Shown: positions 10,233 through 19,849 of the stretch, piece after piece
Numbering within the stretch: the stretch's first letter is position 1
How the letters are laid out: each line of letters starts with the position of its first letter
Assembly: GCA_014727915.1 (NCBI GenBank)
Contig: WJMO01000005.1
Location: 224,001-288,000 of the forward strand
Length of the DNA stretch: 64,000 nt
DNA from: Candidatus Altiarchaeales archaeon
GTDB lineage: Archaea > Altiarchaeota > Altiarchaeia > IMC4 > SCGC-AAA252-I15
Direction of reading: 5' to 3'
Translations under genes and position numbers: made by a program
Notes under the pieces: generated by a model
Seen by the model: the letters and a program-made list of their open reading frames with translations, nothing else
Databases searched by the model: none
Told to the model about the DNA's origin: nothing

Positions 10233-10760
10233 ATGATGGTCAATGTGCTATTGACCGGTTCTCCGGGTGTCGGGAAGACCACCGTCGTGAGGAAGGTAAT
10301 CTCCCGCCTTCCCGGTAGTGTGGGTGGTTTCTATACAGAGGAGATGCTGGAGTCCGGTAAACGCGTCGGCTTCAGAATCCGCACGGTGGATGGTATGGCC
10401 GGGGTACTGGCTCATAAGAAGTCTCACGGGACTTATTTCGTCGAGGATGACAGGACCGAGTATAGGATAAATCTCAGGGACTTGGAGGATATCGGGGTGA
10501 AGTCCATCATTGACGCGGTCGAATCAGATGATGTGGTCGTCATAGACGAGATCGGTCGTATGGAGTTGTTCTCAGATCATTTCAGGGATGCGGTCTCCCA
10601 TGCGTTTGATTCCGGGAAGACGGTTTTTGCGTCCATAAGCAAGTATGGCGGGTCTTTTGAGGAGGAGTTGAAGATGAGGGAGGGTAATCGGGTCTTTGAG
10701 GTAACGGCGGATAACCGGGATTCCCTCCCTGATGTTGTGTTGCAGGCTTTGAAGGGGTGA
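10233..10760 (+). CDS. Nucleoside-triphosphatase, THEP1/NTPase_1 family
   Basis: LTGSPGVGKTT, GGFYTEE, RVGF, VIDEIGRMEL. Confidence 0.92.
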   Translation: MMVNVLLTGSPGVGKTTVVRKVISRLPGSVGGFYTEEMLESGKRVGFRIRTVDGMAGVLAHKKSHGTYFVEDDRTEYRINLRDLEDIGVKSIIDAVESDDVVVIDEIGRMELFSDHFRDAVSHAFDSGKTVFASISKYGGSFEEELKMREGNRVFEVTADNRDSLPDVVLQALKG

Positions 10761-11011
10761 TTGTGTTGCATGGTTTCTCGGTTGCGGAGGGTATTGCAAA
10801 GGCGGTGTCGGACGAGCGGGAGGGAGGTCGAGGGTCTTTGGCTGCAGTCAGGGTCCGGGTCGGGAGGAACATGTTCCACAGCCTTGAGGAGCTTCTTTCA
10901 GCTTGGGATATCGTGTCTCCCGAGTATGGTCTTGACGGTGTCCGTTTGGAGGTTGAGGTTGTCGATGGGGGGGATTGCGTTCTTGATAAGCTATTATACT
11001 CTACTTCTTAA
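10757..11011 (+). CDS. HypA-like small protein lacking the zinc finger (alternative TTG start at 10766)
   Basis: (M)HGFSVAEGI...VRVRVG...EELLSAW...GVRLEVE follows the HypA N-terminal pattern; no CxxC pairs. Confidence 0.55.
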   Translation: MIVLHGFSVAEGIAKAVSDEREGGRGSLAAVRVRVGRNMFHSLEELLSAWDIVSPEYGLDGVRLEVEVVDGGDCVLDKLLYSTS

Positions 11012-11022
11012 TTGTGTATGCT

Positions 11023-11250
11023 ATGGTCGATGCTGATAGGATACGGGAGGAGGGCGTAAAGTTGTTGGATGAGTTCAGCGAGAAGCTCAGGGATGTTCCT
11101 GAGACTGGGGAGACCCATTATGTTGTGGATCTTAAGAATGTGTGGAGGCCTGACGCCAGGCCTGAGAGGTGTGAGGGTTTCCGGGAAAAGCTTGGTAAGC
11201 TGGCTCCGAAGTTTGAGAAGGGCTATGTTGTGGCTGAAAAGGGAGAATAG
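11023..11250 (+). CDS. gatC: Archaeal Asp-tRNA(Asn) amidotransferase subunit C
   Basis: IREEGVKLLDEFSEKL...ETHYVVDLKNVWRPD...FREK...APK...GYVVAEKG. Confidence 0.8.
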   Translation: MVDADRIREEGVKLLDEFSEKLRDVPETGETHYVVDLKNVWRPDARPERCEGFREKLGKLAPKFEKGYVVAEKGE

Positions 11251-11332
11251 CCGAATTTACTATCTTATGTATACTCTGGTCTTTTCCTGTCTTTTTAATC
11301 CGTTTAATGTGCTTTAAGTTTATTTATTACAT

Positions 11333-11383
11333 ATCTAAATATCTAAATCCCCTTTTTAATTTATAAATCTAAATATTTAAAAT
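11333..11383. promoter_or_regulatory. Putative ArsR autoregulatory operator/promoter
   Basis: Three ATCTAAAT copies (11333, 11341, 11367); the last forms an imperfect palindrome ATCTAAATATTTAAAAT just upstream of the ArsR start. Confidence 0.5.
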
Positions 11384-11389
11384 GATAAT

Positions 11390-11641
11390 ATGCGGAGGGA
11401 TAAGCTCAATCTCTACAAGGCACTATCCGACGAGACCCGATACCGGATACTGGAAAACCTGCTGTCAGGCGAGAAGACAGTCCAGGAGATAACAAAACAC
11501 TGCAAGCGCGCCCAATCAACGACCTCACTACAGCTAAAGAAGCTTGAGAACTACGGGCTTGTGACCTCCAGAAGGGAGGGCAAGCACATGTACTACCGGA
11601 TAGACCACGACAAGCTATCCCTTGTGCACAGGCTGCTATGA
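11390..11641 (+). CDS. ArsR/SmtB family transcriptional regulator
   Basis: YKALSDETRYRIL...TVQEI...QSTTSLQLKKL...GLVTSRREGKHMYY. Confidence 0.92.
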   Translation: MRRDKLNLYKALSDETRYRILENLLSGEKTVQEITKHCKRAQSTTSLQLKKLENYGLVTSRREGKHMYYRIDHDKLSLVHRLL

Positions 11642-12106
11642 GGAGCTGAGCTCCCTCCTCAGATCCTTCAATATCCTGAGATGGGTGGCCTCGAAATCTA
11701 TCAACCACTTGAAGATCTCACACCCCTCCTCATCGCTAAGGTCGCACTCCCGGAGGGCGGACTTATAATGCTCTATAGACTCCTCCTCCGCCTTGATGCC
11801 CATGTCCACGGCAGACAGCTCGTCAACTTCATCGTCATGGAAGTCCTCGTCAAAAACCTCTGGCGGGCTTTCACGCCGGGTCTCCATGAGGTCCTTCATT
11901 ACCAGCCATTCATTGTTCTCCGCGAGATTGTCGTACACAAGCTCCAGCTTCTCAAGATGCTGCAGCTCATCATCCGCCAGCTTCCTGAAGACCTCAGCGC
12001 TGCTCTTGTTCCTGGAACACTTGGCAACCCTACGATAGAACTTGACACCCTCCCGCTCGAGCTTCATAGCCTCTCGAAGAACCTCAAGGGCGTTCACCTG
12101 TTCCAT
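11636..12106 (-). CDS. Rubrerythrin/ferritin-like di-iron protein
   Basis: Two helix-pair modules: AMKLEREGVKFY...DELQH and GIKAEEESIEHY...FEATH. Confidence 0.88.
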   Translation of the reverse strand: MEQVNALEVLREAMKLEREGVKFYRRVAKCSRNKSSAEVFRKLADDELQHLEKLELVYDNLAENNEWLVMKDLMETRRESPPEVFDEDFHDDEVDELSAVDMGIKAEEESIEHYKSALRECDLSDEEGCEIFKWLIDFEATHLRILKDLRRELSSS

Positions 12107-12195
12107 AAAAAAATATTGTCCGTAACATTAAAAAATGAGATTCAACCTTCGCAGAATACAAAATCAACATTAAAAAGAAACTAAAATGCTGCCGT

Positions 12196-12744
12196 TCATA
12201 TCTCCTGCCATCTCCTGTATAGGTTGTGCTCCACCTGCAGGGCGTCAAGTACCTTCCCTGTTATGAAGCCCGTCATGTCGTCTAAGCTCTTGGGCTCATG
12301 GTAGAATCCTATGTTCGGAGGAAGTATTATGGCGCCAGCCAACTTCAGCCTCCTCATGTTTTCGATGGCAGCCAATGTCAGGGGAGTGTCCCTTGGAACC
12401 ACAACCAGCCTGCCGCCCATCTTGAGTACGTTCTCAGCGGACCGGGATATGAGGTTATCAGCGTATCCGTTGGCGATGGCGCTCAAAGTCTTCATCGTGC
12501 AAGGTATGACGACCATCGAGTCAATGCGGTTGCTGCTGGAAGCCAATGGGCTGAACATGTCATGCTCTCCGTGGACTCTGCCCGCCTCCGCCTCCAATGA
12601 TCCAACCTCAACCCCCTCGTGCCCTGCCACTTCAACGGCTCCCTCGCTGACGATGAGATGGGTCTCATGGCCTTTCAAGCCCTTAAGGAGCTTTTCGGCT
12701 AGTATGACGCCTGAGGCTCCTGTGACAGCCACCACTACCTTCAT
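12196..12744 (-). CDS. ubiX: Flavin prenyltransferase
   Basis: MKVVVAVTGASG, ASSS, PCTMKTLSAIANG, PRDTP, GFYHEP. Confidence 0.93.
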   Translation of the reverse strand: MKVVVAVTGASGVILAEKLLKGLKGHETHLIVSEGAVEVAGHEGVEVGSLEAEAGRVHGEHDMFSPLASSSNRIDSMVVIPCTMKTLSAIANGYADNLISRSAENVLKMGGRLVVVPRDTPLTLAAIENMRRLKLAGAIILPPNIGFYHEPKSLDDMTGFITGKVLDALQVEHNLYRRWQEI

Positions 12745-12784
12745 GTTGGAGAGTATATAACACGTTTGTTTATAATATTGTGTC

Positions 12785-13879
12785 ATGCAGTACCATTCCG
12801 TCGTTGAGGGATCCACACGCCTTAAAGTCCCGGTTGGTGGTGGCGTAACCAAGCGGGAGGAGGTGTTCTACAACCCTCATATGGCATTGAACCGGGACCT
12901 TACGGTCGCATTGTGCAAACGCCTTAATCCCGGGTCTTTCCTGGATCTGATGGCTGGAACCGGCGCGAGAGGGTTGAGAGTCGCATGCGAGTCTGGCGTG
13001 GATGTCACATTGAACGATCTGAACCCTCGCGCGGTTGATTTGATAGGCGAGAACGCCCGCTCGAACGGTTTGGATGTGTCTGTGGAGAATATTGAGGCCC
13101 GGAGGATCCTAGCTGATAGGATGTTCGACTACGTTGACGTCGACCCGTTCGGGACGCCAGTGGAATTCGTCGAATCTGCAGTATCCTCCGTTAGGCGGGG
13201 AGGCGTCCTCGGCGTTTGCGCTACGGACACAAGCGCACTGTGCGGCTCCTATCCAAGGGCTTGCATGCGCAAATACGACGCCACCCCCTTGAGGTGCGAC
13301 TGCTATGATGAGATAGGCCTCCGCATACTGGTCGGTTTCATAGCCAGGACTGCGATGAGGCAGGGCAGGGGTGTGGAGCCCCTCCTCTCACATTCGACGA
13401 GACATTACATCCGCTGCCAGGTTAGGGTCGTGGGCAGGCCGTCGCAGACCCTGAAGAACCTATCCTACCTACAGTATTGTTTCAACTGTTTGTGGAGGGG
13501 CTACAGGCGGCTCGAGGAGATACGGCCTCTGTGCGAATGCGGCGGTGAACTGAGGGTTGCAGGCCCTTTGTGGTCTGGGAGATGCTCTGACCAGCAGACG
13601 TGCAATGTCTTGGCCGACGAGATACTTTCGGGAAACTATGGGTGCAGGAGCGAGGCATCACGGCTTTTGGAACTGCTGGCTGGGGAGCAGACCCTAAACC
13701 TGCCCTACTATGACCTCCATAAGCTTTGCAGCAGAAATTCTGTTTCAGCCCCTCCCATGAAATCGGCCTCGAAAGAGGCTGAGTCTCTGGGTTTCATGTT
13801 CCTGCGTGTGCACTTCAACAGCACGGGGTTCAAGACTGACATGCCAATAGGGCAGTTGGGAGAGCTTATTAGGGGCTAG
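12785..13879 (+). CDS. trm1: tRNA (guanine-26-N2)-dimethyltransferase
   Basis: VFYNPHMALNRD, GTGARGLR, DVDPFGTP, ATDTSALCG, EIGLRIL, GPLWSG. Confidence 0.95.
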   Translation: MQYHSVVEGSTRLKVPVGGGVTKREEVFYNPHMALNRDLTVALCKRLNPGSFLDLMAGTGARGLRVACESGVDVTLNDLNPRAVDLIGENARSNGLDVSVENIEARRILADRMFDYVDVDPFGTPVEFVESAVSSVRRGGVLGVCATDTSALCGSYPRACMRKYDATPLRCDCYDEIGLRILVGFIARTAMRQGRGVEPLLSHSTRHYIRCQVRVVGRPSQTLKNLSYLQYCFNCLWRGYRRLEEIRPLCECGGELRVAGPLWSGRCSDQQTCNVLADEILSGNYGCRSEASRLLELLAGEQTLNLPYYDLHKLCSRNSVSAPPMKSASKEAESLGFMFLRVHFNSTGFKTDMPIGQLGELIRG

Positions 13880-14754
13880 AACTCATCATGGCAGTTGTCT
13901 CTTATCACTTCCCGGTTTATCTCATCACATAAGCTTCTATCCCCCCTGACGATAGCCATACAGTAGGTTCTATAGTCTCTCTCATCGCATTCGCCGTTGC
14001 AGAGGCTTTCGCTTATCCTGTTGCATGCTTCCTCTGTCCCCTCATCCAGGCCTACCTCATAATAGCATCTGCGCTTGAGCCCCCCTATGCCCACTTTATC
14101 GCACATCAGAAGGTCTGATAGTGCGATCCCCACGTTCATGTAGCAGTAGTCACTAGCGTGTTTGTTCTCTAGTATATCGCAGATCGAGGAGTTCTTCTGG
14201 TTCACTCCCGCGTTCGCAAGGCATATCTGCTTGATGACATCGTCCTTTATGCTGTTGCATTCCTCGGGGCTGGTGGCGTTTGTCTGCTCTGGGATTTTCT
14301 GGCTGGTCAGGTTCGGGTTGGGGTCTACGGTGACCTCGACTGTGTCGAGCACTGTGCTTCCCCGGGAGTGGGTTATGGATGGTATTAGCTTGTACTTCCC
14401 AGGCTCCTGGGGTATGAAGTACAGGACAGATCTTCCTTTCTCGTTCTCATCTATGAGTCCTATCCTGTCTGTCAACTCCTTTACCTTCTCGTCGACCTCT
14501 CCTTCCCCGACGATCATGTGAACGCCCACTATGAAATTGGCGTCTTCAACAGGTTCCCTGTACCTGTTATGGAACTCGCCGACTATTATGAAGCTTTCTC
14601 CCATGAGCGTTCTGTTCTTGTCCAACACCATGGTCGCTGTGACCCCCCTGCTACCCCCGGAGGTCAGTACAAAGAATAGCATTAGCCCGAGGCTGACGAT
14701 GACCAGTATCCGGTAGTCTTTGAGCGAGAACTGTATCTTGTCCGAGGAGGTCAT
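13876..14754 (-). CDS. Membrane-anchored surface protein with an Ig-like segment and Cys-rich helical repeats
   Basis: N-terminal TM helix, beta-rich middle, then about 5 repeats of C-x2-I-x(5-6)-C-Y/L (e.g. ICDILENKHASDYCY). Confidence 0.7.
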   Translation of the reverse strand: MTSSDKIQFSLKDYRILVIVSLGLMLFFVLTSGGSRGVTATMVLDKNRTLMGESFIIVGEFHNRYREPVEDANFIVGVHMIVGEGEVDEKVKELTDRIGLIDENEKGRSVLYFIPQEPGKYKLIPSITHSRGSTVLDTVEVTVDPNPNLTSQKIPEQTNATSPEECNSIKDDVIKQICLANAGVNQKNSSICDILENKHASDYCYMNVGIALSDLLMCDKVGIGGLKRRCYYEVGLDEGTEEACNRISESLCNGECDERDYRTYCMAIVRGDRSLCDEINREVIRDNCHDEF

Positions 14755-14787
14755 GTAACTTACTTCTTCGAAGAGGCTTAAATAGCG

Positions 14788-15414
14788 TCATATCACCAGT
14801 GGGTGCGCGGGTAGTTCTGTCACGTCCCTTATAGTGTCTGTCACCCCCCATTCACTGAATTCTTCCCTGCTGGTACCCCCGCTTAAAACGCCTATGAATC
14901 CCACGCCCGCTTTGGAGCTGCATTCGGCGTCCACTATGCTGTCGCCCACGTACACGGAATCAGAGGGTTCGAATCCCAGCTCCCTGCAGACCTGCTCTAG
15001 GGATCTGGGGTCTGGCTTGGGGTATTCGAGGTTGTTCTTATGGTATACTGCCTTGAAAAGGCTCAGGTCCAAAGATGCCGCTCTAATGTGGTTGTAGAGC
15101 GTTTCCCTTCCACGGCCTGTCATTATGGCTAGTGTATGCCCCTTTGAGAGCTTCTTCAGGGCTTCCTCCTCTCCTTCGAAGAGGGATGCCTTCTCAGCCC
15201 TTATGTTGTAGTGTCTTGTGAACTCAGCGGGGTCTATGCCCCTCCACAGGGACCTTATCACATCATCCCATGATCTCCCCACATGTCTGTTGAACTCCGC
15301 TCTTGTGACCTTCTCCAAATCCATGGTTTCCATCACATTCTGGAATTCGGCCCATACGCTGCCTATGCTGTCCACCAGAGTCCCGTCGAAGTCGAAGACC
15401 AAAAGTTCTGCCAT
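14788..15414 (-). CDS. HAD-superfamily hydrolase (phosphoglycolate phosphatase-like)
   Basis: FDFDGTLVDS, KPDP, YVGDSIVD. Confidence 0.92.
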   Translation of the reverse strand: MAELLVFDFDGTLVDSIGSVWAEFQNVMETMDLEKVTRAEFNRHVGRSWDDVIRSLWRGIDPAEFTRHYNIRAEKASLFEGEEEALKKLSKGHTLAIMTGRGRETLYNHIRAASLDLSLFKAVYHKNNLEYPKPDPRSLEQVCRELGFEPSDSVYVGDSIVDAECSSKAGVGFIGVLSGGTSREEFSEWGVTDTIRDVTELPAHPLVI

Positions 15415-15452
15415 GACTTAAATATTCGGGTCTAATTTATTAATGGGTCACA

Positions 15453-16352
15453 ATGGCATCCGATCTTATGAGTATGGGTGGCTTAGAGTTCTCCTTGAAC
15501 GCAATAACGGTTCTCGTGTCGTTTGCTGCGGTGGTCTACTGGGTCAAGTTCTTCCGGAGGATAGCATTGTCTGGCAGGCAGGGGATAGGTTGGATATGGA
15601 TATTCGCGTCTGTCCTCATGGTTTTGTTGCTCAACCTCTCTGCGATAGTGATGTTCACGAGCGAGAGCGTGGTCCTGGTGGGTTCTGGAGATACGTTCGT
15701 CGTTGAAGTGACTAAGATGGAGCTGATGAACACTCTGGCCCGGACTATAATAGCCGTTTCAGTCACTTTCGGCGCGTATCTCCTCTATGAGTCAATGGGC
15801 AGCGCCGACGGCATGAAGTACATGTTCAAGCCTGTTCAGTCGCTTGCCGAGGCTAGAAGCAAGGCAGAGCAGAAATTCAGCTTGGAACCCGGTCAGACCT
15901 ACCTTGTCCTGTCAGGCCCTAACGTCACCGATGACGCTGGCGTAGAATGGGATATGTTCGTTGACATGGTCACTCACGGGACCTACGGGTTCGCCATAAC
16001 CCGCACCTATCCCCCTGCCCTAAGGGAGAGATACGGTGTTGTTAAGACGCCCATCCTCTGGCTTACCAAGGACAAGGCATTCAAGGACTGCATACACCCC
16101 ACATCCCTCATCGACTTGAGCCATATGGTGAAGGATTTCATATCCCATGATGGGAAAACGGTAGTGCTCCTCGACGGTCTGGTATACCTTATATCCCACA
16201 ACGACTTCAACGATGTCCTCAAGATAATTCAGGGCTTGAACGATGTTGTGGTGCAGTTTGATTCGCGGATTATAATGCCAATAGACCCTGAGGCGCTGAC
16301 CGAGCGCCAGTTCCACATGCTGAAGACAGAGGCCAAATTGTGGGTGCCCTGA
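15453..16352 (+). CDS. Three-TM membrane protein with C-terminal DUF835 domain (paralogue 1)
   Basis: Three TM helices then ITRTYP, ILWLT, IHPTSL, VVLLDGLVYLISHNDF. Confidence 0.85.
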   Translation: MASDLMSMGGLEFSLNAITVLVSFAAVVYWVKFFRRIALSGRQGIGWIWIFASVLMVLLLNLSAIVMFTSESVVLVGSGDTFVVEVTKMELMNTLARTIIAVSVTFGAYLLYESMGSADGMKYMFKPVQSLAEARSKAEQKFSLEPGQTYLVLSGPNVTDDAGVEWDMFVDMVTHGTYGFAITRTYPPALRERYGVVKTPILWLTKDKAFKDCIHPTSLIDLSHMVKDFISHDGKTVVLLDGLVYLISHNDFNDVLKIIQGLNDVVVQFDSRIIMPIDPEALTERQFHMLKTEAKLWVP

Positions 16353-16401
16353 TAAAGGCTGGTTTTCTTTAATATTTGATTGCATGTAATATGATTCAAT
16401 A

Positions 16402-17292
16402 ATGGATGTGCTGCCTGGAGACTTTGTGGATTTGCCCTTCACATTGAATGTTTTCACGATAATAGTATCCCTGGCGGCAGTATACTACTGGGTCAAGCTT
16501 TTCAAGAGGATCTCGATTTCCGACCGCCGGGACGAGGGTTGGATGTGGATATTCGCGTCTGTCCTCATGGTCCTGCTGCTGAACGTTTCCACCATGCTCC
16601 TCGTTTCCACCAGCGGCAGAATACCCGTGGACTCCTATCGCGTGTTCGTCGTTGACGTGAAGACGCTGGAGTTCGTGAACGCTTTCAGCCGGACTGTCAT
16701 GGCTTTGTCGATGACTATCGGAGCCTACATGCTCTATAAGTCCATGAGGTCCCGGGGCGATGTGAAGTTCATGTTCTCCCCCGTCGAGCATGTTATGGAG
16801 GACTCCAGCACCTCGGAGCAGAAGTTCGATCTGAAATCGGGGTGCAGCTACCTGGTCAGCGCTGACCAGGAAGATGGTTCGGTGTCCGGCTGGGACCTCT
16901 TTGTCGACCTGGTTACGCACGGCACAATGGGCTTGGTGGTTTCCCGCCACCATCCCCCGGAACTAAGGGATAGATACGGTTTGGTGAAGACGCCGATGGT
17001 ATGGCTGACTCAGGAGAAGGTCGATGACTCCCTTCACCCATCCGACCTGACGGAGCTGAGCCATATAATCAAGGAGTTCATATGGAAGGGCGGTGAGACC
17101 GCGGTCCTGTTGGACGGGATAGAATACCTCGTATTGCACAACAGCTTCGAGGACGTTCTGAAGACCATCCAGGGCGTTGACGATGTCGTGGTGCAGAACA
17201 AGTCATGCTTGATACTGACAATCGATCCCTCTGCGGTCTCCGAGCAGGAATTCCATCTTCTGAAGAGGGAGCTGAACGAGTACATGGCATAG
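16402..17292 (+). CDS. Three-TM membrane protein with C-terminal DUF835 domain (paralogue 2)
   Basis: Co-linear with the upstream gene (GWxWIFASVLMVLLLN; LLDGIEYLVLHNSF). Confidence 0.85.
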   Translation: MDVLPGDFVDLPFTLNVFTIIVSLAAVYYWVKLFKRISISDRRDEGWMWIFASVLMVLLLNVSTMLLVSTSGRIPVDSYRVFVVDVKTLEFVNAFSRTVMALSMTIGAYMLYKSMRSRGDVKFMFSPVEHVMEDSSTSEQKFDLKSGCSYLVSADQEDGSVSGWDLFVDLVTHGTMGLVVSRHHPPELRDRYGLVKTPMVWLTQEKVDDSLHPSDLTELSHIIKEFIWKGGETAVLLDGIEYLVLHNSFEDVLKTIQGVDDVVVQNKSCLILTIDPSAVSEQEFHLLKRELNEYMA

Positions 17293-17300
17293 CCTGAGAC

Positions 17301-18302
17301 ATGAAGCCCTTGAACGCTGACTTCCGAACGGGGTCCGGTATTGATTCGCTCGTTGAGAGCATGTCTTTCACAGAACAGGGGGAATTGGACGTCAGCGAGC
17401 TCAGGAACCGTCTTGAGACTGGCGGTTTCAAGTTCGAGGATTTGAGGGTTACCCCGTCTCCTGGCGCTTCCCTCTTGGCTGTCGACTCGTCCTTTTCGAT
17501 GAGGGAGCTGAGTTACCATGCCATCTGGGCAACTCACGCTGTCGCATTATACGGTGAATACGATGGTGGCGAGAACGATGACATCCTGGTCGGGCATGGT
17601 TCCATCCCCTACGGGAACCTGCTTTACTCCAGCTACCTGGAAGCCGGCGAATTCATTCCCTACAGTGAGGTCGACTCCCGGGGTAATGCGGCTCGCGTGT
17701 CTTTCGAGTTCAGCTCTTTAAAGAGGGCTTATGGTGAGTTGGAGTCCTCAGGCCTGAAACCTGACTTCATACTGGTTGACGGGAGCCTGTACACCAACCT
17801 ACGGAACATAAGGGCCAAGGATGGTGTTTTTCCCGAGTGTGAGGCGGCTCTAAGGTCTTTCGGGGAGGTCCTTGGGATGGAGCGTGTGGTGGGCATGGTG
17901 GAGGACAGCCATGCGACGGACCTTTCGCGCGATTTGGGTTACAACTTCACCAACATGCTGCTGTTCGAGATTGCGCTGGAGCCTGGCGAGTATGTGGTGG
18001 ACGAGAGGGAGGGCATAAGCATATGCTATGTGAAGATGCCCTCCAAGCCGCTTCCATTCTCTGCTGCAGGCTCTTCCAAACCCCTTACTGTGAGGTGGGA
18101 GTTCAACTACCCTGGCTTCAGGGACGACCTTGGTTTGTTGGCTGGGATTTGGATGTCCGAGTCGGACATACTCCACCCTCAGATTTACATGTTGCGGACG
18201 GCCGACTATCTGACCAGGAAGATACGTGTTCAGGGCCTTCTGGAGAGGATCGTATCGGAGAAGGGACTGGGTCTAAAGTACAGGGAGCAGCGGGAGATTT
18301 GA
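17301..18302 (+). CDS. nurA: NurA-domain nuclease
   Basis: LAVDSS and ILVDGSL acidic motifs, VVGMVED; some motifs are degenerate. Confidence 0.7.
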   Translation: MKPLNADFRTGSGIDSLVESMSFTEQGELDVSELRNRLETGGFKFEDLRVTPSPGASLLAVDSSFSMRELSYHAIWATHAVALYGEYDGGENDDILVGHGSIPYGNLLYSSYLEAGEFIPYSEVDSRGNAARVSFEFSSLKRAYGELESSGLKPDFILVDGSLYTNLRNIRAKDGVFPECEAALRSFGEVLGMERVVGMVEDSHATDLSRDLGYNFTNMLLFEIALEPGEYVVDEREGISICYVKMPSKPLPFSAAGSSKPLTVRWEFNYPGFRDDLGLLAGIWMSESDILHPQIYMLRTADYLTRKIRVQGLLERIVSEKGLGLKYREQREI

Positions 18303-18339
18303 CTATTTTTATTCCCATGGGCTTAATCTCTATTCTACC

Positions 18340-19845
18340 ATGGATGTTACTGTCAGGTTGTATGAGATCGAGACCGGGAAGCCCATTGTGGTCTTGAACG
18401 AGGAGGACATGAAGGACTTGGGCGTTCACATAGGCGACCGTATAAGGATATGCAAGGGCGAGAAATGTTACGTTACTGCGATAATCGACGCTACCACGTC
18501 CATGGTCAATGAGGGGGAGATAGGCATATTCGAGGAGGTCAAGAAGTCCCTCGACCTCAATGCTGGCGATGTCGTTGGCATACAGGCCACTTCCAGGCCA
18601 AAGTCCATCGAGTTCATAAAGAAGAAGCTTCACGGTCAGCACCTGCACGGCCATGAGATCACCACGATAGTCGAGGACATCGTTGAGAACAACCTCTCCG
18701 ACATAGAGTTGACCGCTCTGATGGTGGGCGCCTACATAAACGGATATGACATGGATGAGACTGTGGCTTTGACCCAGGCGATAGTCGAGACCGGCGACCA
18801 GATCGACTTCGGCGAGGAGGTCGTTGACAAGCACTGCATAGGCGGCGTGGCCGGGAACAGGACCACGATGCTCGTTGTTCCCATCATCGCGGCTGCGGGA
18901 CTGACGATGCCGAAGACCAGCTCGCGCGCGATCACTTCCCCTGCCGGCACCGCTGATACGATGGAGGTACTGGCTAAGGTGGAGTTCAAAATCGACGAAC
19001 TGAAGGACATAGTCAACAGGGTGGGTGCGTGCATAGTCTGGGGTGGTTCCGTCAACCTAGCGCCTGCCGATGACAAGATCATACGCGTCGAGTATCCGTT
19101 GTCCATAGACCCGGAGGGCCAGGTGCTGGCGAGCGTGATGGCCAAGAAGAAGAGCGTTGGCTCCGACTATCTGGTTATAGACATCCCAGTAGGCCATGGC
19201 GCCAAGTTGGACGACATGAACGAGGCCAACAGCTTGGCTAGGAAGTTCATAGAGCTGGGCAACAGGTTGGACATCAAGACCAAATGCCTTGTGACCGATG
19301 GCAGCTCTCCGATCGGCAGGGGCATAGGCCCTGCTTTGGAGGCCAGGGATGTGATGATGGCTTTGGATGGCAGGGGCCCCTTGGACCTGGTGAACAAGAG
19401 CATTGACTTGGCTGCCGCGTTGCTGGAGCTGTCTGGCAAGGTACGTAAGGGGAATGGCAGGGCTCTCGCAGAGGAGATACTAAACTCCGGGAAGGCCAGG
19501 GACAAGATGATGGAGATAATCGAGGCTCAGGGCGGTGACCCGAAGATAAGTCCGGAGGACATACCCTTGGGCGATAAGAAGTATGAGATCACATCGGGTG
19601 TGACCGGCAGGGTTCGTTCCATAGACAGCAAGCGGATATCAAAGGTCGCGAGGGCTGCTGGAGCTCCTAAGGACCATGGTGCGGGCATCGACCTCCAAGT
19701 CGGCGTCGGGGACACCGTTGACAAGGGAGGGGTACTTTACACCATATACTCCTCCAGCGAGAACAAGTTGGAGGATGCGATCAAACTGGCCCATGAGGCC
19801 CAGCCCATAAGGGTAGGGGGGGTCATACTCGAAGAGCTGGTCTAG
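18340..19845 (+). CDS. AMP phosphorylase (archaeal thymidine phosphorylase-like)
   Basis: N-terminal extra domain, DKHCIGGVAGNRTT, KTSSRAITSPAGTAD, LAPADD, GIGPALEA. Confidence 0.95.
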   Translation: MDVTVRLYEIETGKPIVVLNEEDMKDLGVHIGDRIRICKGEKCYVTAIIDATTSMVNEGEIGIFEEVKKSLDLNAGDVVGIQATSRPKSIEFIKKKLHGQHLHGHEITTIVEDIVENNLSDIELTALMVGAYINGYDMDETVALTQAIVETGDQIDFGEEVVDKHCIGGVAGNRTTMLVVPIIAAAGLTMPKTSSRAITSPAGTADTMEVLAKVEFKIDELKDIVNRVGACIVWGGSVNLAPADDKIIRVEYPLSIDPEGQVLASVMAKKKSVGSDYLVIDIPVGHGAKLDDMNEANSLARKFIELGNRLDIKTKCLVTDGSSPIGRGIGPALEARDVMMALDGRGPLDLVNKSIDLAAALLELSGKVRKGNGRALAEEILNSGKARDKMMEIIEAQGGDPKISPEDIPLGDKKYEITSGVTGRVRSIDSKRISKVARAAGAPKDHGAGIDLQVGVGDTVDKGGVLYTIYSSSENKLEDAIKLAHEAQPIRVGGVILEELV

Positions 19846-19849
19846 CCTG

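Noticed and set aside
14965-14985. GGGTTCGAATCCC tRNA-like T-arm
   Set aside because: It lies inside the HAD hydrolase CDS (LGFEP codons) and no other tRNA arms are present.
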